Source of the DNA: Fistulifera solaris
Taxonomy: Eukaryota
Direction: 5' to 3'
NCBI GenBank assembly: GCA_030295235.1
Contig: AP026130.1
Span: forward strand, 1-64,000
DNA length: 64,000 nucleotides
The stretch's first letter is position 1. Every line of letters begins with the position of its first letter. Below, in pieces: positions 47,798-60,670 of the stretch. The notes beneath the pieces are model-generated. The model saw only the letters and a program-made list of their open reading frames with translations, was not told where the DNA came from and searched no databases. Position numbers and translations under genes: made by a program.

Positions 47798-48435
47798 GTT
47801 CTTCTTGTTTCTCGCGAAGCCGACCAGTTGCTCTTTAGAAGTAGAGCGTGAGATAGCCTTATCGATTATCAAATGGGTCAATTGATTGATTGCTATTGTT
47901 ATTGCAATCCAATCTAAATAAGGTCGCAGCACCGCCTCAAATATGAATACGCATGAAAACCGTAGCTGTTTCGTTGCAGTGGTTGACTGCAGCCTCTCTA
48001 AAAAGTGAGCAGAATTCGAGTCATGAATTGCGCTCAAAGCGCGATGCTCACACAATTTCACCCTGCCTGGTACCGACCCCGACTTTTCAGCGGATGATGT
48101 ACAAAACGGACCTCTATTAGTCTAATGAGCTTGCGAGAATCATTCACGATAAAACTTAGCTTCACGGATCAATAAAATAACAAAAGAAAGAATGAGCGAC
48201 TTCAAAAGCAAGGCTCGTTTAGCAAGACACTGCTGACCGTACCGGGTATTGGTGTATCGTGAGACTGTCGGCCGGATTAGGGACACCTGCGTGCCAAGAC
48301 ATCGACCAAGACGATTTTTGAAAGTAAGCTGTGAGCTGTAAATGCCGCAGAAGCTAATTGCATACTTATAAAGACTAATGATACCTCGAAGGGAGCATGA
48401 ATGTGTTTTCTGCTTTGAAAACACGACACCTTGGA

Positions 48436-50229
48436 TTATTCCGAGAAGAGAGTAGCAAGACTCGGAATGGTTTGCGTTCGCACCAACAGAAAGAAGATCA
48501 AACATCCCATCAAGGAAGTTCCTGCCATGGTGCCTGTTACAATATCTCGGAACGCCGTGCCATTCTCTTCCATATGATTCGGCACATTCATTCCGACAAA
48601 ACTACCCACCAATGCAGCGCACGTAATACACAGTGTAAACACGCTAATCACCATGTTGGCAAACAGGAGTCGGTTTCGAACGGAATCTTGTTTCTGATTG
48701 ACGAGTTCGGCTGCCGAATCAATCTGTCCTTGAATCAAATGAAGCGAGTTAGTTAAACTCAACGCCGTTTGCAAATAAGATTCCAAGATAAGTTCGGGCT
48801 CGTCGGATTCTTCGTCTAACACTTCTTGTGATACGGGATATAGGAATCGCTCTGGGTGTGTAATCAATCGGCTGAGATTCATCAACGCCATGTCTTCATC
48901 TTCATCCAAGACGCGATCCAGCGACTGCACAAATCCTTTGACACGGGAGGACATTTCTCGAACCGCATCCTTGACGGCACGAATAATTGTGAGAGGATCA
49001 TCGGAGTAAGAGTTCTTTGGATGCAACAATCGATGAATGTAGTTCATGGAAGCCTCTTGCAATTCAAACGTATCCGATGCTAACAAATTGCTGATAACAT
49101 TCAAGACGGCATCAACGCATTGCAGTTCAAAAGGCAAATCGACCCATTTGTTGTCCTTGATGTCCATCCATTCGCTGGCTTCCAATGTCGGATGGATATC
49201 ATGATCATCGCTGTTGGTGTCTAGTAGATCACTGTCTTTTGAATGCAAACTACCACTTAGTGTCGTGGCTGTAGGAGCACCAGTGTCTTCCGTCATCCCT
49301 CCCGACGGCATGTATTTATTCAACAGGTTGGACTTGTTGTTGCCGTGACCGCTAACGCTGACGGGATCCATGGAAGGGGGATTGCCATGCGAAATAGCAT
49401 TGTTCTCGTTGTCACTTTCGGCGTCATTCCAGAAACTACTGTGCATGGCATCACCTCCACCGTGCAGACGTGTTTCCAATTGCACCAAGACCGAGTCGGC
49501 GCCATCGGGCACAATGACCAACAATCGGTCTCGCAAAACGATTGCTCGAAGCGGATCGAAATTCAGTAACATGACATGGCGTCGCACGATGAGCTCGGGC
49601 TCATTCGATGCACTGAAGGGTGTCACCAATCGACGCATATCACGGGGATGCAAATATCCTCCGAGACGTTCGCGATAAGTGGGGTTGGAAGTGCGTTCGG
49701 TACCCGAACTGACACGAGGATTCTCGTTGGTGGATGCCGCACGACGTCGTTGGGGCAATTTCTTCGGTTTCGCGGCCGGTGGCAAAAGTCCGAGAGGGAC
49801 AGGTGTCACCAAGGCATCGCCCAAGTTGATAGATGGCTCAATATTGCTACTATCGGAAGCAACCCGCATGACCGATTTTTGCGGAGACATCGAGCGTGCT
49901 ACCGGTGCATCGTTGCCTTCGTCTTGTGCGGACGATGTCTGTGTAATACATTTTAAAACATGCTTATACAAAGTCCTGACACTCCAGGCAAAATATTGTC
50001 GACTTCCATTTTGATGCAATTCGAGAACCAATAACTCTTCTAAGCGCTCATTTAGTCCTTCTACAGCAGAAGAAGTCTGTCGAGCCGGAGGAGGTTGTGA
50101 CCAAGCTAAACTGCGTTTTAAATGATGTAAATTGTGCAAGGTATCCCAGGGTCGCGGAGGTGCCGCGTGGTGATCGCCATCATTTTGATGATGCTTCGAA
50201 AAAAGAGTGCGTCGCTTCAATGCTTGCAT
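48436..50229 (-). CDS. MRS2: MRS2/CorA-family magnesium transporter
   Basis: LHPRDMRRL, LPFELQCVDAVL, DEDMALMNLS, ELILESY, two C-terminal TMs with GMN signature (VGMN). Confidence 0.9.
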   Translation of the reverse strand: MQALKRRTLFSKHHQNDGDHHAAPPRPWDTLHNLHHLKRSLAWSQPPPARQTSSAVEGLNERLEELLVLELHQNGSRQYFAWSVRTLYKHVLKCITQTSSAQDEGNDAPVARSMSPQKSVMRVASDSSNIEPSINLGDALVTPVPLGLLPPAAKPKKLPQRRRAASTNENPRVSSGTERTSNPTYRERLGGYLHPRDMRRLVTPFSASNEPELIVRRHVMLLNFDPLRAIVLRDRLLVIVPDGADSVLVQLETRLHGGGDAMHSSFWNDAESDNENNAISHGNPPSMDPVSVSGHGNNKSNLLNKYMPSGGMTEDTGAPTATTLSGSLHSKDSDLLDTNSDDHDIHPTLEASEWMDIKDNKWVDLPFELQCVDAVLNVISNLLASDTFELQEASMNYIHRLLHPKNSYSDDPLTIIRAVKDAVREMSSRVKGFVQSLDRVLDEDEDMALMNLSRLITHPERFLYPVSQEVLDEESDEPELILESYLQTALSLTNSLHLIQGQIDSAAELVNQKQDSVRNRLLFANMVISVFTLCITCAALVGSFVGMNVPNHMEENGTAFRDIVTGTMAGTSLMGCLIFFLLVRTQTIPSLATLFSE

Positions 50230-50599
50230 TTTGAGTCGTTGCTATTTAGAGAGCTTTCATCAACATCTAGAAGTAACGCGCGTTTATTTGTTTGTCATGA
50301 CAAGCACCAAGATTCATTATCGCGCTCGCTTTGTTTTTGTTGTTGTTGTCTTTGCTGCTGCGCATCGCGTGGTGCTTGCTGCTGACTATAACGAAAACTG
50401 TAGTCAGTTATCAAAATTGATAAAATTCCTAGGAGGCCAACGTGAAACACACGTAGACTTACGATGCAATGCATCTTTCTTCATTTTCGGGTTTGCGGTC
50501 CATCGTTTCAGTCAAATGAATGTCGCATACCTTAAAGTACCAGGTACGTTGGTGAAGAAGATGAAGGTCTTCTTTGCGGTAATGAGACTTGAGAATTAA

Positions 50600-51425
50600 C
50601 ATCAAAATATCCGGGTTCCCCTCTGTCGATAAATTTCGCTACGAGAGCTACGGGAATTTACGTAGATATTCGAAGCGTTGCAACATCCGCTTCATCAACG
50701 TTTTGTTTCCAAACAGCAGGCTTTCATTACTTCCTCAGTCGAGGCCAATACGGTGGACAAGGAAACGTTGACGTCTGTGCACTGTAGATTCAAGAATTGG
50801 ATGATGTCGAATTGTTCAATGTCCGGGTCTCCCTGCAGAGATAAATTTCCTACGGCGGCTACGTATAATACGCGTAGGCGCTGGAACCGTTGTATCTTTC
50901 TTATATTCCATGTTTCAGTGATAAATCAAAGTCGATTTTTGTTTCTTGGCTCGCATGAACAATGATGGGCAAAGTATTGTTGACATTGGTGTCGAAAAGA
51001 TGCGAAAAATGGCGTGATCGAAATTGCGCAGTGTCCTGGTATCCCCTCTGTCGATAAATTTCGGTACGAGAGCTACGTGAAATTACGTAGACATTCGAAG
51101 CGTTGCAACATCCGCTTCATCAACGTTTTGTTTCTAAACAGCAGGCTTTCATTACTTCCTGAATCGAGGCCAATACGGGTGACCAAGAAACGTAGGCATC
51201 TGTGTACTAAAGATCTAGTAAATGGATGATGTCGAATTGTTCAATATCCGGGTTCCAGTGCAGAGATAAATTTCCTACGGCGGCTACGTATAATACGCGT
51301 AGACACTGGAACCGTTGTATCTTTCTAATGCCTCATCTTTTATTGTGAAATTTTAGCTCATTGTTGCTTCGTGGTTCGCATAAGCGATGATGTCAATGCT
51401 GTCATTGGTGTCCAAAAGACGCGAA
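50600..51425 (+). repeat. Tandem ~213-bp repeat in A-B-A'-B' (~425-bp dimer) organisation
   Basis: Units start ~50608, 50820, 51033, 51246 with shared tccgggt..gataaatttc..tacg..gctacg. Confidence 0.85.
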
Positions 51426-51612
51426 ACAAGGTGTCTTGGCTAGCAATTTTGATTAAGGACTTAATGGAATCTCAGTCCCGTATAATGAATCGACCGCATT
51501 ATTTTCGATGATGACGAAGACGACGAACGGATGATGATGAAGAACGTTTGATTCAAGATGACATGATCCTTCCATCGCGGTGACTTGTATTATATAAAAA
51601 ACCATCTTATCA

Positions 51613-53282
51613 ATGAGGATGTACCCGCGCCCTTTTCAATTTACGGTTGCAATCACACGGCGTTTTCTCGCGTCAAAATCCCACAAAAAGAAACCTCCAT
51701 CCGTACACCCCCCAAACAAGAAAGCGTCGCCTTCATTGATTATATCTTCTGAACCCAAACTGATCAAACCTCCTTCACTCTCTTACATCAATGTACAATT
51801 ATCGTCGGATCAGACGATTCGAGATTCACAATTCAATCTGCATAACACGAATGATTCCTTGTATTCATTAGAAGAAGCCAGAGATTTGTTCCGTCCTGAT
51901 TTGCATTTACCATCAGCGCCACATTCTTGGGAAGGTTACGAACCGGCAACACCGCTCAGTGATGTTATCACCGCGCTGATTGGTGTCACAGGACGACCTA
52001 TATCGGTCGCAGAGTTCATGCGCATGGCGTTGACACATCCCGAATATGGCTATTACACGCAAGGCAAAACGATGGCGGAAGGAGATGAATTTGATCGAGA
52101 TGATCATGATGATACAAAAGAAGCCGACTATGTGATTGGCGGCGATTTCATTACAGCACCGGAAATATCTCAAATTTTTGGAGAATGTTTGGGGGTTTGG
52201 TATTATACGCAATGGGTTCAACAAGGTAAACCAGACGAATGGCAATGGCTCGAGTGCGGTCCGGGGAAAGGTACTTTGACGGCGGATTTTCTACAATTTG
52301 CGCGTTTGGATGAAGCCTTTCGAAAGTCGTGTCGGGCGGTGCATTTGATCGAAGCCAGTCCGGTTTTGCGTCAAAAGCAACAAGAAACACTGCAAGCGTG
52401 TCAACCGAACATCTCGTTTGTTTTCCATCAATCAACGGAGCAAACAACTGAATCTAAAAATGATATTCATGTCTACTGGCATAATACATGGCAAGAATTT
52501 CGGGAAAGCACCTCATCGCGGTTTACGTTTGCAGTGTGTCAAGAATTTTTAGACGCTCTGCCGGTGTATGCTTTTGAAAAAACTAAGCACGGTTACTGGC
52601 GAGAAAGACTAGTCGATGTTGCTGTGCGTGATGAATTTCTCCAAGATGACGATGATTCGCCTCAACTAGCTGCTATAGAGGCACCTCATGGAGCCAAAAG
52701 ACTCGCTTTCGATTGGTCCTCGCTCCAGAAGCCACTCCTGCACTGAAAACTTTTTTGAAGACTGATGAGCAGGGATACCGTCGTTCTAGTGACACCGCGA
52801 ATATTTCATCAGAAGCCGACAACGATATACCGAGTGGGAGTGTCGTGGAAGTCAGTCCTGAGAGTATTTTCATGGCCAAAGACTTGGCACAAACTATTCA
52901 ATCCATGGGCGGAGCCGCCCTTATCATCGATTACGGACAAGTTGGAACGACTGACACAATTCGCGGGTTCACGCAGCATCGTCAAGTACCTTTCTTATCG
53001 CAACCAGGCCAGGTCGATGTGACAGCCGATGTAGATTTTGGTGCTCTTCGCCACGCCATTCCTGATCAAGCTCACGGACCCGTCGGACAGGGAGAGTTTT
53101 TGATGCGTATGGGTTTGCAAGAGCGGGTTGTGCAATTGCTGGAACGAGATGATGTAACAGACGAACAAGCGGAGGATATCTATCAATCTATGGTCCGATT
53201 GGCGTCTCCGGAAGAAATGGGGACGAAATACAAAGTGATGGGCATTGTCCCAAAAGGGGACGAAACCCCGCCCGGCTTTTGA
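51613..53282 (+). CDS. NDUFAF7: NDUFAF7/MidA SAM-dependent arginine methyltransferase (frameshift ~52697)
   Basis: MRMALTHPEYGYY, GDFITAPEISQIFGE, ECGPGKGTL, QEFLDALP, ALIIDYG, PGQVDVTADVDF, MGTKYK. Confidence 0.9.
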
Positions 53283-53583
53283 GACGGAAATCAGCATTAC
53301 TCTAGTACTATGCGTTAATACCGGTTGGGTGCGATTTTGCGAACCGTGGCGCTGACGTGCGCCTTTTTTTGACACCTTTCTCATTATCGTCACAATTTTG
53401 TACATCGGTTTCGCCCATTTGCTCGGCTCGTCGATAGCCGATTGACTCCGCAAAAACTTTTCTCGTTGATAGATAGATAAGCGGCTCGTCACGCCGATCG
53501 ACGAAAGATATCGTGTTGAACAATTTCATCCCCGACGCAATAGTCAATTAGAACATAAAGAAGACGATAATATAAATTCAAAA

Positions 53584-54255
53584 ATGAAGCGTCCCAATTC
53601 CAATATCTTCCCTATCCTGTCGGTGTTTCTGTCGTGCTCGGTTTCAAGTGCATTTGTTTTTCCGTCGAAACAGAGACAATCATTATCCACTCTTCAAGTT
53701 GTTTACGACGGTTCAGTCATTAACTTGAGCGATGAAAACTACGTCGAGATTCTTCGCGAAAACAAACCAGTTCTCGTCGAGTAAGTCGCTGTTGTCTGCG
53801 GTCTCATGTCCACCTTCCTATACTATTCTAACAGCCCACCGGTTTCTTACAACTGCAGCATTTTTGCGCCTTGGTGTGGCCCCTGTCGATTGATCGAGCC
53901 AGTGATATCTAGTATTGCTGAAAAATACCAAGATCGCTTGCTCGTTGCTCGGTACGATGTGGAATCCAACAATCCCAACTTTAAAGTGGAACTTGTCATG
54001 CAGCAACATTTGCCACGTAAATTGCCGAGTTTGCTTTTATTCAGGAATGGAAAAGTGACTTGGTCAAGAAGCGGTTTGATTACAGAAGAGAAGCTTGAAT
54101 TGCTGTTGCTCGAACAGCTCGATGCAGCTTCAAGCACAGCAGGTTTCCTCCATTTAGCTAGGCAAGAGAACGACTCTTACATGCTATCCGAATATCAGCG
54201 AATCGAAGAGCCCACATCGCGAAAGCTGCAAGTCGCCATACGGTGGCTCAACTAG
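53584..54255 (+). CDS. Plastid-targeted thioredoxin (intron 53781-53858)
   Basis: Signal ..SSA|F; spliced VLVDIFAPWCGPC active site. Confidence 0.9.
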
Positions 54256-55024
54256 CTTACATATCATTCTGTGCATGTATCTTTTCATTGCAGTTTAACT
54301 AATAGGAGTTTCGCAGCTATCCGATTCTCACGCCAAAATATAAAAAACATGCAACTTTGATTATGTTTATCAACAATTGGAGAAGAAACCCTACCTTCCA
54401 TGGCGTTTATAGGCTAGTTGAAGCTCATGCTAGGTCAAGTGCGCCCTAAACCTAGCTACTCCTATTCATTCACGAGACTCGATCCCTAATCCATGAAAAA
54501 TCAAATGAAATTTTAGTCCCATGTGAACAAAAACAGCAGTCAACGGACCAGGCCCATATGATATGTGTCTTAAGCCCTACATAAAAATTTAGAGTTCAAG
54601 TTCTTTGTTTCACGAGTAGACCATAAATGTAGAAAATGCGACACAAGAAGCTAAGTCGGCAATAAGGTGTAGCTTGACTTTTGACGTTTTAACGCTTGTT
54701 TGTAATAGAATGGTAATAGGGCGTTATTATCTTCTTTTCCGTATATAGTCATAATTGAGTCTTAAATAATAAGTAGAACAATTCAAGCCCAAGTACTGAA
54801 TTTTTGTCATGAAAATGTCGGAGTCGCACTGATGACACTAAGATCCCAATTGAAAAACGCTTTCTTTCCACTCCCACCGCTATTAACTCCCGGTCGGTGA
54901 CTGTACAACTCCGTGATGGTTTTTGAATGACACGGTGAAATGCACACAAATCCTCGATCGGCAAAAGATTCGACAGGCATAGAAAGGAGTCTAAATGTTT
55001 GGTGATGATTCTCAAACAATCATC

Positions 55025-55579
55025 ATGAGCACTCCGTTGGTTCATAATCTTCCCATTGCTGTTCGATTTACTCAAAAATGTCTCACCATGCAGTCTTCAC
55101 CATGCAAAGCCGCGGCGTCGATCACCGTATCGCCACAGAAGCGCGTTCGATTCTCCGCACAACAAGATGTCAACATTCCTTCCCCCGCGCCTTTAGAGAA
55201 CGCTACCCAGTCGGAGCTGTGGTATTCCGCCGATGAAATGGCGGCTTTTGAATTTGAAGCTAGACAGCTGTCTATTCTTGTGTATAGGAGTCTCCTGCAA
55301 CAACATTTAGAGGATTCACCCGCGTTAGCTTTGGGCCCGCACACACGAGGACTCGAAACGAGAGGATGCATTCAACGTCAATTGTTACGACGACAAGCCC
55401 GGGCTTATATTCGTCAATTTCAACAGGGGCGCACTGCGGATGAGCTAGCCGAAGTGGCTCGCGAAATGAATGCTTGGGCGAAACATCTTGCCTACGAAGA
55501 AGCGGCTCGAGACTTTGATCGGGCGTATGCCGATGAATCGAACAAACGAAAATTTGACGCTATGCAGGAACACAGCTGA
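55025..55579 (+). CDS. Diatom-type hypothetical protein (KRVRF...LWYS...RGLE family); start uncertain
   Basis: KRVRFS, ELWYSADEM, RGLETR, LAEVAREMNAWA motifs. Confidence 0.7.
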   Translation: MSTPLVHNLPIAVRFTQKCLTMQSSPCKAAASITVSPQKRVRFSAQQDVNIPSPAPLENATQSELWYSADEMAAFEFEARQLSILVYRSLLQQHLEDSPALALGPHTRGLETRGCIQRQLLRRQARAYIRQFQQGRTADELAEVAREMNAWAKHLAYEEAARDFDRAYADESNKRKFDAMQEHS

Positions 55580-56297
55580 CACGCATTGCGTTCTTGATAA
55601 TTTGTCCTCGTGACTTTTTATAAAGCGCAAAAGGGGTTGCAGAAAGTTGATCGGGCAACAAAGAAGTTCATAAACGAATACAATTTTGATAGAGGTAACA
55701 AATATATAAAGTTCCTAGAATACAATCTACTTGATCTTCATGTAAAGGCTCTTTCTTCAATTGATAGACGATTGAAGATCCACTTCTCGACGGCAATGGA
55801 CCTCTCTAGCTAGAAAGGCGACAAACTCGCCATCAGCAGAATTTTAGTTTTCTCAACCCCCGATCGATGAAAGACCGCGCCATCTGTCGTTGTTTTTGGC
55901 ACGTGCTTGGAATAAAGAATAAATAAATACGAAACGGAGTCGCCCTTGTCGTCGTCACTCCGACTCGCCCACTCTGACTGATTTGAGGGCAATAATCTTT
56001 TGCTGATTTTTGGTACTGGTGACTGGTGAGTGACACTGTACATTCTTGTTATGGGATTTCGACATGGGTCAGAAAGAACGTTGTTGGGACTTGAATCTTG
56101 AAGCCGAATACTTTTCAGAACCACTCCGATGAGAGGTAAAATCATTGTGTGTCTGTTCGCCCATCAGTGAATGATGGGCATCATTCATTCGCATCGTCAT
56201 CCGCATCATCCAAATGATGGAAGAAGTCGTCCCCTTGGTCGTCGTTCTTATTATCTCATTTGTTGATACAACGAAACATCCCTGTCCTACTCTTCCA

Positions 56298-58165
56298 ATG
56301 ACAACAATAAAAACACTCCTCGTATCACTTATTTTAGTTCCTTTCGCACAAGCTTGGATTTCAATACCGGCAGCGCATCATCGACATTCTTTCTGCGTTT
56401 CGACCGAATTATCTCTCGCACGTTATCGACCCGATACAAACCAACGGAATGACGATGCCAGCAATGAGTCAACGGACGATGGTGTCACGGGACAGGGCTC
56501 CAACTGGTTAGAAAGGTCGTTTCCGATTCCGCAAGAAAAAATAGACGCGAAAACGGTCATGGATTACAATCTCGGATTGTCGGGTGTGAGTTTTGGGACG
56601 GGGCCCTTATCGGGAAGGATGTACGCTGCCATGACAAAACGCTCTTCGGCTTTACAGCAAGCGCCGCGAGAAATGAAAGACGAGATACTGGGAACGCTGC
56701 GTATTTATGCAATGGATTTTACCGCCAAAGAAGCCACAAAAGTGGCCTTGAATCAAAATGGACTCGAAATGGTACTACAAGACGATGAGCAAGATGAAGG
56801 AATGTGGGGAGTTGTTGATTCGATTCAGCTGTTAGATGAAAATGATCAGCCTATCGGTCCTATGTACGACGATTGGGAAGATGCCGCTAAAAACTGGACA
56901 CCAGGGCAAGCGTTTGATTTTGTAGTAAGACAAGTTCCTGCCAAAGTACGAGAGCTTTCTCTGGAAGAACTGTTGCAAGCTCTAGACCCGGATGGATCAC
57001 TTCGAGAAGAAGGAAAGGCGATGAATATGAATCTCATTCCGACAACCGATGATTTGCAATCTTTGGAGGATATGGCGGGCGAGAATCGACGAAGAGTAGA
57101 ACTGTCGCCACAAGACACGGAAAGTGTATTTACAGGATACCCCGAAAAGAGAGGTTATCGAGTCATTACTGCGGATGCCTTGAGAGACTGCTGGCAACAA
57201 CCTGATCGTGAGAGCTTTCTCGACAATCCTACGGTACTGCATGTAATGGATGCACTCGTGTCACACGGTTGCTTGGTAGTCGATTTGCAAAATACAAATC
57301 CTCTTGAGGGATTGTGGAAGACAGTGGAAGAAGTTTTGCCTCAAAAGATACATTTTCACCGTTACGGACCGCCACAGAGACCGGTTCTTCGTACGCGAAA
57401 GTGGGCTACATCGAATATGACACCATGGCGTTTTTAGAAACCAGGAGAACCAGTGATGGTGCTATGTTACCCGATGAATTGAGTTCCGAGCAACAGCAAT
57501 CTCTACAAGACGCTTTTGCAAGTATTTGGGATGTATCTCGTAATGTCATTCGTATCGCCATGGCAGCCAGTGCATTGGAAGACGAAGCGAATAACGATGA
57601 TATGAGGGAGGACGACATAAATTTTGATCCGTTCCAAGCCGCCGACTGGGCTGTAGAAGAACTTGTCGATCATGGCGGATCTCGTGGAAGCGTCAGCATG
57701 AGCCCGCATCGTTTGTGTCGTTACTTTTCGCCTTCTATCGACGCGGAAAGCAAAGATGATCAGAAATACAAGGAAGTGTTTGGAGCTCATACCGATTCGA
57801 CCTTTATCACGGCCGTCCCAGTAGCCACCGTTCCCGGACTGGAAGTGTACGATGAAGCGGCCGAACGATGGTATCGACCCGAAGCTTTACTCACATCCTC
57901 GCATTGCCGCTATGTGGTTCTGGTACCGGGTGAATTTTTGCAGCTGTTGACACGTCAAGAAATCTTGGCCGGCGTCCATCGTGTGGTCGTCGGGGCCGAA
58001 CAACGATTTAGTGCACCCTTATTACTTCGCGGTCGACCCGAGGCTGTCTGGAACGTGCGACGTTATTTTGGGCCGTCGGCGTTGTCATCCAATTCATTAT
58101 TGCAAGAATGTGACGGACGGACAATGGAAGAAATTCATGCCTCCATGCAAAACTCATTTCAATAA
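56298..58165 (+). CDS. 2-oxoglutarate/Fe(II) oxygenase-domain protein with presequence (frameshift ~57335)
   Basis: Signal ..AQA|W; HTDSTFIT (HxD), GLEV, HRVV, RFSAP. Confidence 0.8.
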
Positions 58166-58297
58166 CACTAACAAGAAAATTTGAAGAGCAACGCAGTTAT
58201 TGATATTATTTTAAGAGGACTCGGTCTGTATGCCATTACTACTTCGTTTACGACGTTCACCGGGAAGGATCTAGTACTTTCTTCGCTTGGCATTTCT

Positions 58298-58780
58298 TAC
58301 AAGCGAGTACATTTGTAGCATGTATTTCCCTCAATGCCGTCTCCCCCTGACGGGTGCTCCCGTTCCGTCTCTTGTAGACAAAGTCGAATCTGCATCCGGG
58401 CACGCCGCGGTCAGTTGCGCTTTGGTGGAGCCATTCTGTAGATAAGCATAACACTTTTGCGTCGCACTATCGTACGTAACGCCGACCACTTGCGCCAGCC
58501 GCTCCGCACTGCGTTGACAATCTTTGAGAGAAATCTTTGTCAAAACGATGCCACAGAAGTCGTACAATCGATTCTGGGAGTCCATGCATCGACCCCCTCC
58601 GACCGATTGTTCGCAACGATGTTGCGCCGGTTGGTTGGTGCCAAAGGCATCGGTATTGGCGGGAGAAAGTCGGCCATCGCAAAGTCGATCCAAAAAGAGA
58701 GAACGACTCTCGGAAGATGCTTCGTCGAACCAAATGGCTGTTGAGAAGGATAAACGGAGTGCGAGAAACAGAATTAAGAT
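58298..58780 (-). pseudogene. Cys-rich secreted-type protein, degenerate or frameshifted
   Basis: ORF 58331-58864 has a hydrophobic stretch then Cys-rich region but no clean ATG; the end appears frameshifted. Confidence 0.35.
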
Positions 58781-59346
58781 AGCTGGATGGATGGAAGGAG
58801 GGGCAATTGCGTGAGCATCCAAGAAACGGAGAGAAAGAAGCGGTGAGCAGAAATGACCACTCACCTTTCATCATTTTTTATCGACGCTCTAATTGCAAGC
58901 CTGATGACTACCTGGTATCTTCTGTAAAGGAGTTGTGCTGTTGCCCAACTTCTTTTTTGACCAGCTGTCAAAAACGCCGATGTTGCAATAGCTCATCGGG
59001 AAAATGCATGGAGAAAATGGAGGGAGAAATTTTACAACACATGCAATACACGTAGTTACAAAACGTGAAATACGCCAGGCGCGCAAAAACATGTCCGTTC
59101 AAAATGGCGCGAAGATTGACCCGCTGTCGACTGAAATGTAGGAAAGCAGTTTAGCTTCGTACAATAAAAAATGGCTCATTTTTGTTCTCGGTGAACCCAA
59201 GGATTCTTTCAACTTCCGTCAAATGAATAATGCATGCACGTTTGAGCTTCGACCCCCAAGATGGTGGAAACATATGTTCTCATGTTTGCATTGTCGCGAA
59301 GTAAGCAGCCTTTTCCCTCCGCTCATCCCTCGCAGCAACGATCGAT

Positions 59347-60477
59347 ATGATCCGACACTCTCCGTTCGCTCTGCCTCGTGGTGTTTTTGTTTGTTGTGAC
59401 TCTTCTTTCGGTTCATAAAGCAGCTTTTGTACAGGCCCAGTTCTCCTGCACTGCTCCGCTAAACATTACGGCACCGTTTTCGTACACGCCCTCATCGGTC
59501 GAACCTGTGAATGACAATGAAATTTCGTTCAACATCTGCAGTGACGCTCGGGCGGAAGGCGCTTCGGGCTTACCACCAGGCGTATGGTTCCGTTACGTTC
59601 CCTCCAAAACCACAATAGTCCGCGTGTACGAAGAAACCGTCGAGCCATCTCTCTTTTCCGTGGATACTCTTGTTTTAACGGGTTCGTGCGACGAGTCTCT
59701 GGAATGTGAAGATTATTCCATGTCAGTCAGCGATGATTTAGTGTTTCAAGCAGATGCGAGTGTCGAGTATTTGATCTTTGCATTGAGTGACGCCAACATC
59801 ACCGATCCTTTTACACTGTTCCTCGAAGAACTGGAGTTTCCCGTAAACGACGAACTGGATAATGCCGCGGTGTTAACTCAGGATGATCTTCCCTTCCAAG
59901 GAGAGTTTACCACAGTCGGTGCATTGTCGGACGCTGCACTAGACGCTTGTGGATTGGATGGTGAATACGGGGTGTGGTTCAATTACAGCACCACTCATTT
60001 TCAGCAAACACTGGCACTCCGAGCAAACACCGGCATTGCCCGGGATGTGTTGGGTATTCAAGCTCGGATAGATGATCATATTTTTGCATTACTTCTGGCA
60101 ATACGTGGGACTCTACTATTGAATGGACAGCTGAGGCTGGTGTGGAATATTCTATTTTGGTAGCTGAGCCCCCAAACACCTACGGGCAAAGCTTCACACT
60201 GACTCTGGAGTCACAAAGCATTGTCGATGCCCAACCAACGGCGGCTGTTGTCGAACCTATTACATCGGCTCCGGTGATTGTGGTGGATGATAGACCTACT
60301 TTGGCAGCAACTTCCAAGCCTACGATAAGCATTACAGATGATCTGGGAACAATTCCACCGTCGATTGTGCAAAGCAATTCGCTTGTCCCAGAGCCCACAA
60401 TGACGTCTTCCAATGCGCGTCAATGGAAAAAGGGTATCACCCTGGCGTGGGGGCTAGTTTTTGCGATCATTTATTAA
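59347..60477 (+). CDS. Acidic surface protein with duplicated (ND..NA..L/GVWFxY) beta-domain, Pro/Thr stalk and C-terminal anchor (frameshifts ~59375, ~60085)
   Basis: Signal peptide; GVWFRY and GVWFNY repeats; ORF 60142 gives stalk and hydrophobic tail. Confidence 0.65.
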
Positions 60478-60579
60478 AAATAGCTGCCTAGCCGCTGCTA
60501 CTTAGTATCAGTCTCAAAATATTTGCGGTTTCCTTTCGTAAATTCTACGCATTATGCACTGACCTCTACAGTACCTGTT

Positions 60580-60670
60580 AAAGGTTCCAGAAATTCTTGA
60601 AACAATGCTTTGGTCAAACAGAGATTCTATGTCGTTCCATAAATTCTGGAACCGCTGTTGTGGGTCATAC
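60580..60670 (-). repeat. Dispersed two-unit fragment of the 52-bp palindromic minisatellite
   Basis: gttccataaattctggaaccgctgttgt matches reverse complement of ~1238-1266; second core 50 bp upstream. Confidence 0.7.

Noticed and set aside
50589..51229. Similar short ORFs (…PSVDKFRYESY…) here and at 22111-22425
   Set aside because: Same DNA repeat family; starts and ends are not conserved
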